From the NCBI RefSeq assembly GCF_009914755.1, contig NC_060927.1: a stretch of DNA of 64,000 bases; one strand, 5' to 3'. The position numbers were made by a program, and so were the translations under genes. Each line of letters starts with the position of its first letter. Position 1 is the first letter of the stretch. Shown here in pieces: positions 17,480 to 28,281 of this stretch. The DNA is from the human T2T-CHM13v2.0 reference genome, Homo sapiens. The notes under the pieces are model-generated. The model was not told the DNA's origin. It saw only the letters and a list, made by a program, of their open reading frames with translations, and did not search any database.

Positions 17480-18740
17480 CCTCCATACCAGGGAACTGTT
17501 CGCACCAGGTCACTGAGCAACTCACTGTGGCCAAATCCAAAAGTCAATTCTTAGCCCTTGTCTTCCTTGGGGTCTCCTCACTGTCCTTCTCCCTGTCTGT
17601 GGGGCTGTGCCTCTCCCCTCCTCTTGGAATCCCGCCCATCCAGGCTACTGGTGTTCCTCAGGGTTCAGGGTTTCACCCCAAGACTCCTTCCTTCCCTGCT
17701 CATTCTGCACTCTCTCCTGAACAATCTTCAACTCTACTTCCACCATCACTCGGTGATAATGCTCCAATCACAAGCTCCAACTCAGACCTCTTGAATCTGC
17801 AGATCTCTCTATTTGGCTGTCCCAAAGGCACTGTGCACAGCTAAAACGGAACCTGCTGCTTTCTCCCCAAACTGTTCCCTCAAGTCTCCCTTTCCTGGCC
17901 CATGGCATATCCATGTACCCTGTCACCTGGGGTAGAAATCCAGTAACCACCACCAATTCCTCTAATCCTCTTCCCCACATCCCATTCACTCCACCAGGTT
18001 AATTCTGCCTCAGACTGTGCCTTGAATCCCATGCTCTCCCCTCCATGCCATCATCATGCCTTAGTTCAGCCCATCATCATCTGCCCCAGACTATTAGAGC
18101 ATCTCCCAGGTCTTCCTGCCTCTAGTCTCTCCCTCAAATCCTGCAACCCACTTCTATCCTTTCTCCCAACTAATTTCCAGAGTAAACTTTCTTAAATGGA
18201 AATCTGATCACATTATTCCCCTGGCCTAAAACCTTCACTGGCTCCCTAGGGACCATGGACCAGAGTCCAAGCTCCTGGGCAGGGCTCTTGAGGCCACCAT
18301 ATCTCAGCTCTGGACTACCAATCCAGTGCCACCTCCCTCCGTAAACAGTCCCTCCCTGTGGTCTATTTGGAGTTTCCCAAAGGCAACATTCTAAGTTTTC
18401 CTTTCTACCCTCAGGGGCTCCATTTAAGCACCAACCAAACCCTCACCCGCTCCAACTTGCCAGGCACCTCCTTGCTTCTAGCACCCAAATTAAAATGCAC
18501 CCAGGGATCACCTTCTCTGCTACTTCCTCATGGCCCCAGGCCACATCCAAGGCAGAACCCATTACTTAGCCTTTGTGCTACCACAGCTTGTATGTATAGT
18601 ATGGAACACGTCATTTAATTACACACCATCTCTCCTACATCACAAGACATTCCTGGAGGACAAGACAACATCTGTCAACTTGTAGCTCAGCAAACTGCTT
18701 AGGGCCTGGCACGAAGAATGTATTCAATAACTCAAGCTGA
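17480..18740 (+). mobile_element. Degraded L2 LINE, followed by a MIR (about 18745-18980)
   Basis: Pyrimidine-rich L2 motifs (AAATCTGATCAC, TGGCTCCC) and L2 3' end GGGCCTGGCAC...TCAATAA; boundaries approximate. Confidence 0.6.
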
Positions 18741-20003
18741 ATAATGATACATTTATTGAGCACTTACAGGCCAGGCATAGTTCCAAATGCTTTGTGACAA
18801 AACTGTATGTGTTAGTTACTTCTGACAACAAACCTATGAGGTAGAGATTGTGGTATTCCCCATTTTAAACATGAGGTAACAAAGGCAGGGAAGTCAAGCA
18901 TCTTCCCAAGGTAACACAGCTAATAAGTGGCAGAAGTAGGGTTCTGACCCAGACAATCCAAGTCTAGAACCTATGTCACTATCAGAAGACAAACATATCA
19001 TTACCAGGTATTTCTGTTAAGTGACTTGGAAAAAACTTTATTTTAATTGCCTGATGTCACAACATCATTCTACCACCACCAACTACCTCAGCACACTAGT
19101 ATTAAGATTGAAACAGGCCTAGGATACTAAGGCTGTTTCAATAAGTATCTAGGATAATATGATAATATAAAAAGAAACAATGGAAAGTAGTGGAGACAGG
19201 TTCTAAAGAAATGCCAATAATTTCAAGGACTCAACATTCCATCCATTTCAAGCAACAAGAATGAAAACCTGCTTAAATTGTTTCAGGGCCATGGGATCAA
19301 AGCCCGTGCACACCCACCAGTCTGGGTAGAAACTCCAACAGCTCTCCCAGGAGCATGGTAACTAACCCCAGGCCTGCATCACTGGCCATGTGTCTCCTCC
19401 ACAGAAAAGTAAAAGGTAGCTAGTTGGTCCCCAAATGGGCTGCTTTCCTCCCTCTGAAGCCAGAAAGCTTTTCCTGTTGGGATTTATAAGTTGCTCGGGG
19501 GCAGGGGTGAGAAGTTGCCTGGCATGAGGGAGAATGCAGCACGATACTCCAATGGACCCTCAGGCAAGTCCCCTAACCTGATGCAGTGAATGTGCCAATA
19601 CTTCTGGGCAAGATGCACAAGGCGCTTCTCTGGCTGCATCCAGCACCTGGCCTGCTGTTCCTCTTCTATGTTCCCACAGGTCCAACATCATGCTGCCATG
19701 CTACCCTTCCAGGAAATACTTGCCACCTGGGCTCTGAACACAGCACATGCTCTGTAAGGCTGTTGAAAGAGACTCCAGAAGGGAATACCAATTGCATGTT
19801 TGAAGTGAGCCCCAATATTTCCACTCAATGACTTTTGGCAGCTGAAATGAAAATCAGTGGCCGGTAGTGGTCTGAGATAGTCATGGAGGTCTGTTTACAG
19901 CAAGGTGTTCACAGAGTGGGATTCAAGAGGGGTCGGGGTGGGGGAGCAGGTAGACAGACGAATTTTCTTTTCCTTAACAATGTGGTTAAATTGACTATAA
20001 ATC

Positions 20004-20317
20004 CAGTCATGCACATCATGATGTTTCAGTCAATGACAAGTCCCTCAAGATTATAATACTATGTTTTTACTGTACCATTTCTATGTTTAGATATACAAAT
20101 ATTATCGTGTTACAGTTGCCCACAGTCAGTATTCAGTACAGTAACACGTTGCATGGGTTTGTAGCCTAGGAACAAGAGGCTATTCAATACGGCGTAGGTG
20201 TGCAGTAGGCTGTACCATCTAGGTTTGTGTAAGTACAGTCTATGATGTTTGCACAATGGTCAAATTGCCTAACAACACATTTCTCAGAACTTATCCCCAT
20301 CAAGTGACACATGACTG
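20004..20317 (+). mobile_element. Tigger3a/MER7-type TcMar DNA transposon
   Basis: Terminal inverted repeats CAGTCATG...CATGACTG followed by TA; internal GTAGCCTAGGA and GTAGGCTGTACCATCTAGGTTTGTGTAAGTACA. Confidence 0.85.
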
Positions 20318-21184
20318 TATATTCCTCCTTTTCTCAAGTCTCAGATTTGAAATAATTTATGAAGTTAATAAACGATAAGATCCAAAAAAGGAGGGGCAAA
20401 AATATACTGATCATAAGGGTTTATACAATTACTGTCATTGTGTAACACTTGGCTTTGAGCTTCCTGGCAGCCAGGACAAAAAGAAACAATCTACATCTGT
20501 CACGTTTAAGCATCTTCTGGGAGACAGACATTGTCTCAGAAATAAAGAAGCCCCTCAGGATTCCTGAGGGAGCTCAGAGAATGAGGAATTTGGAAAAGAA
20601 AAGGTGGTGAAACCAAGAAATGAGGAAAAGAGAGAGAAGGGTAGTAAGATAAGGGTTTCTGAGTCCAGTTTGTCTTCAAGAGGCTGCCTCCTCAGGACAC
20701 ATGGAGCCATTCTAGACTTATAAACGTCTAAAGTGTTTCCAGAACACAGAAAGCCCCTATAATGACATTACACAACCTCAGAGTGGGCAAGGAGAAGGCG
20801 TCAGGAGACCAAACATGAGCCTGACTTGTGCTCCTGCCCACACCCATGCTGCCTCCAGGCCAGCCTGCCTGTCAAGTGAGGCACCTGCCCTGCTCCTCTG
20901 TCCATTTGTCCTCCTCCCTCTGTTTAGAGACCTGTCCCTTTTGCCCTATTTCTCAAACGGCTGTCTCACTTCCAAGGGGGCTGTTTACAAATCTGTGAGT
21001 CATTTCCCACTTCCCTTTTCTTTTCAAGCTCTATGTGGACCTATCTACTGCTACATTGGAGTAAATCACTGAAAAATGGTCCAGAAGGCTATAGTGGTTG
21101 CAATTGTTCAGATATTACACTTGGAATAATTATTCCAAAGCTGAAAGTGGTAAAGTAACTGCTTGAGGGAGACCACAAGGTTTT

Positions 21185-21217
<33 letters not shown>
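21185..21217. repeat. (TA)n microsatellite
   Basis: Seen directly, with one TG interruption. Confidence 0.95.
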
Positions 21218-21999
21218 TTTAAACTAGTAATGATAACAAACCAAAGTGATACACAATGCATACATTGCTTATAACCTTTGGATATAAACTGTTCTGAAAA
21301 AGTATGTGCAACATGAATTCTTGAGATATAAAACATAATCCCATTAGGGAACTCCTTAGAACCCTGCAGTGACCACTTTCTAAAAAAAGACGACTGCAAT
21401 ATTAATAAGGAACCCCTAACTTACCTGCTTATCACCTGGGCTTCCAACTCTGCTCCTTGGAATCCCAGGGTGCCCCAGCAGTGCCTTAGGAGCTCCCGCT
21501 TCTGCAGCCCCACCTCTCTGTTTTGCATACTGGGTTTTGCATGAGATATCATGTGCTGGGGATGGGCAGAGGCAGGTGGTAGCATGAAGACCCTAAAATA
21601 GGGCACATCTATAGAACATGCTCTCAGTTGCTTCCCTTACTAATGGTAGATATTTGACAAATTCTTCATTTTTGGGGCCAGTTATCTTTGGGGCTACCAG
21701 CAAAATACACCTCTGGGAAGCTAACTGTTGTTTAGGATACAGTCTGTGCCTCTCACTGCTTTGGGATTGGAAGCTGGCAACACACCACAGTGAGAATCAT
21801 GCTGTTCTGCATCCACTGCAAGGGCCAGCTGGCCAAGGTCCCTGGAGAGGCTGTACGCTTCAATGCAGTGGGTAAAGAACCCATGTATGTGAGGGCAGTG
21901 GGAATGCCAGGGCAGAAGGCTCCCCTCTCACTGCCCAACATCCAGTTCCCTGTTTTCACATGCCTTACAGAAACCAATGACCTCCACACACACTCTCTC

Positions 22000-23110
22000 C
22001 AACCCTGATCCTCCATCAGCTCCAGACTGACTATCTACTGCCCACCTAGCATCTCTCCTTGCACATAATATAGTGGCAGTCTGACTAGAACATAAGCCTT
22101 GATTTCTCCTCCAAAATCAATAATGGGCACCAGTGCTCCCCAGGCTGCTCTAGCTAAGACTCTGGAAGGTATACTCTCCAATCTCTCTCCATTCTGTCAG
22201 TTCTGAACTGCATTCTCAGGCCTGGCCTGAGAGGTAAATGTGAGGGAAACGTGGGAGCTCTAAAGCATTCGAATACCCAGGGCCCTGCCCCCAGACCAAT
22301 TATAGTAGTCTCTGGGGGTGAGGCCCAGCCATCAGTACTTTTAAACAGCTCTCCAAGAGATGGTACAGGCAGGATTGAAAACTAATAGCTTAAAACAGAC
22401 TCCAAATCCAACAGCTTCTCTCTGGTTTCACTGCTCTCACTTTGGTCCGAGCCACACCATGTCTTGCCCGGACCACTGCAATACCTCTAGTCCCCCTGCT
22501 TCTACTTGTAACACCTTGAACCTCCATTGCAAGCACAATGCAAATCAGATCACACCCTGTCTCTCTGAAGGCTGCCGGCTGCACTTAGAATAAAATCCAA
22601 AGTTCTCATGAGGCCTACCAGGCCCTGCACAATCTGGCCTCTGAGGCCCTCTTCACCTCTTCCAACCACTCTTACCCCCACCTACCATGTTTTGATCACC
22701 CTGGTCCTAGTCCTGTTTCTCAGATGTGCTGAGCATGTTTCTGTCTCTGGGCCTTTGAATCTACTCTTTTCTCTACCCTTGGATCTTCGTCTGCCTGGCT
22801 TGTAGCTTCATGCCATTCAGGTCAGCTCAAAAGGCACCACCTCAGAGATGACTTCTTAGACCACCTTGATCTAAAGTAGTCCCCCTTTGCCCCAGAAAGT
22901 CAACAGCACATCATCCTGGTCACTTTGTCTTATTGTCTTTAAAGCACTTACCACTTTCCAAAATACCCTGTTCAATCATGTCCTTCCTACCTGACCCCGT
23001 CACTACAAAGTGAGCTTCACAAGGGCAGGAATTTGCATCTGTCTTGCTCATAGCTGTAGCCATTGCTCAGAAAGCAATCTCTCACAGAATGGGCACTCAG
23101 GAAACATGGC
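22000..23110 (+). mobile_element. Degraded L2 LINE with an inserted MER5-like element (about 22200-22390)
   Basis: L2 motifs (GCAAATCAGATCACACC, AGAATAAAATCCAAA, GTGAGCTTCACAAGGGCAGG); MER5-like CCCCAGACCAATTA...GAGGCCCAG. Confidence 0.55.
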
Positions 23111-24314
23111 TATTCATTTTATTCCCACACCAGTGCCACTCCTCCTCACTACTGCCAGAAAGAGACTTGTAAAATGACAGTTTTGTTTAAGATGTGTTGA
23201 AAATCCTTAGGGGCCCTAAACTGCCCCTCATCATCAAACTCCCATCCTCCTCCTTAGGCACCTCGCCCACATCACCAACCTAAATCCATTCTCTTCCTAA
23301 GTTCCCACCACTCCTGGTGCCTAGAGGAGCCATGCTCCTGCATTCCTACGTCTCTGTGCAAGCTGCTCCCTCTGCCTCCTTCCTGTCCTCAATGTCCACT
23401 GCTCGGAGAAGAGCTGGCTTGGGCATCGCTTCCTCTAAGCAGTCACCTCTATATGTTGATTAATCTCTCCACCCTTGTTCTCCCACAGCAATCCACATTT
23501 CTTTCTGCCAAACCTTCATCACACAGGGTTATCATCACCTGTCTTTTCTAGACAGAGGGCATCTTGAGGGTAAGAACAGTATCTGGGGCTTAGTAGACAG
23601 TAAACTATGAACTGAGCAAAGCAATGTTTTTTACTTCTATATCCCCAATAGCAATGGTATCATAAACATTTCTGAATAAATCCTTAACTTATTTTCAGCA
23701 TGACCATATAGATGCTGCTGGGAAAACTCTTTCATATCCTTGTGTTTGGGGACACTTAGGATTATACCCATATACATGGCTTCCCTCAGGCGATGGCTGT
23801 CCCGCATGCAGTGCTAAATACTAGGCAAACAGGCCCCTGCCTGCTGGTGTGTTTGGTCTCCCTGAGGCATGCGCAGGAACAGAGATGCTGTCTGGACCAG
23901 TGGCTGATATGTAATTGAGTTGGGAAAGCTGCTTTCCTTTGGGATGGATTAATAATAATCTACCACCTGAACCGGCAGGAAATGGAGCCCTTTGAGACAA
24001 GAACTAGCTCAGGCCCATTATCATCATCACTACTGCACTTTCCCTGGGGCTCACAGAAACAAAATCTGTATGGCCAGTGTCACTGCTAGTAGCAGTGCTT
24101 TCCCTCTCTTAAACACACACGTCCCACGTACTGAAACAAGCCACAGGAGGTCTTTATCAAATAATGTATTCTCTTGCTTTTCCCATACAAGAAAAGGAAC
24201 AGAACAGAGGGTTTAATACCAGGGTGCACAAACATTCAATAGCCACGTGCGCAGCTTGGCATATTTAGCTAAGTCATTGAGCAGAACACTACTGCTTTAC
24301 CCACAGATATTCAC

Positions 24315-24412
24315 CAAGAGGCACTTGCTGCGGCCTGAAACAGGCTTGTCCAGCTTTTCAGGAAAAGATGCACCTCGCCCAAGCAAAGTGAAGGCCATTT
24401 CCGTGCAGGTTC
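24315..24412 (-). CDS. ZDHHC3: Candidate ZDHHC3 alternative cassette exon (98 nt)
   Basis: Bounded by TTCCAG| and TTG|GTGAAT. With the +4 donor of exon 2 it adds 34 in-frame residues, VRTCTEMAFTLLGRGASFPEKLDKPVSGRSKCLL. Confidence 0.6.
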
Positions 24413-24857
24413 CTGGAATTGGATGTGGCTTTAATTTCAAGTCCACCTAGCTCCAGCACTGTCTTCACTGGGAAGCCCAATCCTGACCCAACCCTCCAGC
24501 ATGCTTTCTGCTCTGATCATCTGGCCCCAGTCTTCAAGGTTATCTGTGTCTTTTTAACCAGAGGCCAGGTTTCCCCCAGACCAAACCCCTCCCAGAGCAG
24601 GCCCAATGAATGTATATATCCATGTACTTATAGTATCATTTAACCAAGACAGATAGGCTGTGGTACAGGTGTTGACCCCTCTTCCCTGGCCAGAATTCCA
24701 CAGAACTCTGAACAAGGCAGAGATCTACTTCCTCACCCTCCCCTGGCCCTCCTATCCTCCAAGTTCCCAAGGTCCAGGGGGAACATGCAGGCTGTGGCCA
24801 TGCCAGAGCCAGAGGAGGAGAGTGTGGGCTGGTCAAAACAAGCCCAGACATACTCAC

Positions 24858-25163
24858 GGGGTCCGTCAGCATGGCCCGGCAGTGGGAGGCCAGGGCCAAG
24901 AAGGCCAGCAGGTTGAACACAATTCCGTTGATGATGCTATACACGTAGTCTCGAGATGGAATCAGCATGACAAAGAGGACCACGAACTCCGCATAGAGGA
25001 CCAGAAACCAGGTAACGATGGCACAGGCGATGCCACAGCCGTCACGGATAAACCACATGGTTCCCACAGGACCAGGGTAGGGGGGTGGGACACACTTCTC
25101 TGGCTGGAGGTATTCTGGTTTCCGCTCAATGTTTCGGAAGTGGTGGGTGGGGATAAGCATCAT
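24858..25163 (-). CDS. ZDHHC3: ZDHHC3 exon 2, first coding exon (whole exon 24858-25187): palmitoyltransferase ZDHHC3/GODZ N-terminus with TM1-2
   Basis: [47 protein letters not shown]...HCRAMLTDP (102 codons); acceptor CTCTCTTTCAG (AG at 25189-25188); donor CCC|GTGAGT. Confidence 0.98.
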
Positions 25164-25480
25164 AAGCTATTCTGTCCATACTGGCATCTGAAAGAGAGAG
25201 GAAAGAATCCAGAAACTTGGTGTTGTCTTGTCATCAAGGAGGTTTGACAAAATTGCTCCCATAGTGAGTTGTGATTACTTATCTGCAACCCCTGTGTGCA
25301 AAGCCACCTAATCACCTTGTTCATTTAAAACATGAGTTCTCTTCCCTGATTCTGAGAGTCAATTTAGCCTTCTTGAAACAGGGCCTTCACATGACAGATA
25401 ATAAAAAGGGAGCCTCTAAAGGGTAAATGCCTTGCCCAAGGTCAGCCAGAGCAGAAGCAGGTGACACAGCCTGCCAATTT

Positions 25481-25790
25481 GTTTTTTTCTTTTTTTGAGA
25501 CCAGGTGGGGTCTCACTCTGTCATTCAGGCTGGAGTGCAGTGGCACCGTCTTAGGTCAATGCAGCCTCGACCTCCCACCTCGGGCTCAAGGGATCCTCCC
25601 ACCTCAACCTCCCAAGTACCTAGAACTACAGGCACGCACCACCACACCTGGCTAATTTTTATATTTTTTTGTAGAGATGGGGTTTTGCCATGTTGCCCAG
25701 GCTGATCTCAAACTCCTGAGCTCAAGTTATCTGCCCACCTCGGCCTCCCAAGGTGCTGGGATTATAGGCGTGAGCCACGGCACCCAGGCC
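25481..25790 (-). mobile_element. Alu SINE (AluJ-like)
   Basis: Reverse Alu; TSD AGCCTG(C/G)CAATTT at 25468-25480 and 25791-25803. Confidence 0.92.
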
Positions 25791-26837
25791 AGCCTGGCAA
25801 TTTAGAGGTGGCACTAGAACCTAGGTCTCCTTAGTTATTAGAGATCTACTGGGTAGACAGTACCTCAATAGATATGTTCAAATTTTGACTTAAAAGGCAA
25901 GGAGAGGCAGAGAGAAGGGGAGAGAGTTCAAAGATGTTTTCCTACCACCTGGCTGAGGGGTGCTTCATGTGCCATTGTTTCCTCACCTGTGAAAACACCT
26001 ACATTCCAGCCCTGGCCACCTCCTCCCAGGATTGCTGGTATGAAGGTTGAGGGAACTGGTGGAGGAGCTTGTGACGAATGATACAGATCATAACACTCTG
26101 TACACCTCACAGGTTATGCACATGTATTTTCTCTAGGAAATACATCCATTCCTTCTGAAACAAGTGCTGAGCAAAGCACTCTTTCTCTCTAGAAGCTGCA
26201 ATTCAAGTCTCTGGAGACAGCAATGAAACAACCAAGAATCAATGACTAATATCTATCCACAGCATGTGCTGCAAGACACAGAAAGCATAGATTTCCCTTC
26301 TCTTCTTTTTTCTTACCCTCTTTGGCCTGTTGCATCACCAACCAGGTTTCTCAGTTAGAAACTGTGATGGCTCAAGCTCCCCACCAGATGTAGGTGCCAT
26401 GGAAAAGCCACTCATAGCACAGGCTACAACACAGGCAAGAAATATCTCTGTCTTTTGAGAACTCAACTACACAGCAGAAGAAATCACTCAAAAGCAGCAC
26501 TGGCCATGTGTGCTTCCTGAAGACTATGGCTCTGAAGGGCAAAGGCAGGCTTTCGGTATTGTTATGAACAGTAAGGACATGTCCAAAAAGCTAGGAGGGC
26601 AGACCAGTAACTACTATTCAAAATGACAGACATTCTAGAGTCGAAAGTTGCACAGACTAATAATGAAGAATAAGGACAGGGCCACTCCTCCCAAGGTGGC
26701 AGAGAACTAATGGCTGAAAGGCAGCTAAATGTGCTATTACGTATTTGCCCAAAGGAATATCGACTCAGCAAATGCAGTCACTATCACTGTGTTAGGGAAC
26801 AAGAAGTCATGACACATAGAGATAGAATAACCATCTC

Positions 26838-27192
<355 letters not shown>

Positions 27193-27547
27193 CTAACAGA
27201 GCAATCCTGTGCTATCCAGAGGACAGTGGCAATGTAGTCCTGCCAGAGACAACCTAAATGCATTAAAAGATGCAGGCCCACCTTCTGAAGCACCAAACAG
27301 GACAGTAGAAGATCGGAGATCAGGAATGTCTGGGACCTGACCTGTGCCCAGCAAATTCTAAAATTACAAACTCTGTTCAAGGAAAACCAAAGAAAAGAAA
27401 AGCTGACATCACACAATGATTCAAAAGCTGATTGAAGCTCTACATTTTGACAACCTCCAGTTGCAAGCATTCTTTTGGTTTTTCCTACTGCCATGCAGAT
27501 TTATATTTATATCACCTGTGTTCTCACAATTACTATTTAAGCTCAAA

Positions 27548-27700
27548 AACAATAATGTTTTGTTGGACCACAGCCATGTCATTTGATTATAAATTGTCTC
27601 TGGCTGCTTTTGTATTACAATGGCAAGAGTTGAATAGCTGTAACCCACAAGCCCTAGACATTTACTCCCTGGCTCTTTATAGAAAAGTTTGCTGATGCCT
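27548..27700 (+). mobile_element. MER58-like hAT-Charlie fragment
   Basis: CACAGCCATG...GGCTGCTTT...GAGTTGAATAGCTG...TTTATAGAAAAGTTTGCTGATGCCTG. Confidence 0.7.
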
Positions 27701-28225
27701 GGTTCTAAGCAGTTGTTGGCTATCAAATAAATAACAGATCCTGCTTCCCTGGCAGAACAGCTTGGTGTGATGGAGATCGTCAGTTACAACTCACTGTCTC
27801 ATCCACATCTGTGACGGCAAAACCTCTTGTTATCTGCAGCCTGCGGACCACTTCCCCATAACCTGTACACTCTATCAAACTGTTTTTTTTATCATAAATG
27901 GTATGGTTTTCATAAATGGATAATCACTGAAAATAAATTTTAGAGCAATTCTCCTTAGAGACTTCCAGTGATTAAATTATATTCACAGAATATTCAGAGT
28001 GGTTGCATTCATACAATCAAGAATGACAATTCCTCATTCTTGATTGTATTTATGACAATGATTCGACTAAACAAGAGTTATGTTTCATGTGCATGGTTTT
28101 GTTGAGGAATAAGCCCTTCCACGTAAGTAACTTCCCAGATAAATGTGACTTGTTTCCAAGTAGAAACACACTTTAATCATTTGGATGGTTAAGATGGAAA
28201 TCTTAAAACAGAAAGGGAGAGAGAA

Positions 28226-28281
28226 GGAAGGAAGGAAGGAAGGAAGGAAGGAAGGAAGGAAGGAAGGAAGGAAGGAAGGAA
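28226..28281. repeat. (GGAA)14 microsatellite
   Basis: 14 perfect consecutive GGAA units, counted directly. Confidence 0.95.

Noticed and set aside
24636-25247. 175-aa - strand ORF and 195-aa + strand ORF
   Set aside because: The first is ZDHHC3 exon 2 read through its donor into the intron; the second is the antisense shadow of that exon.
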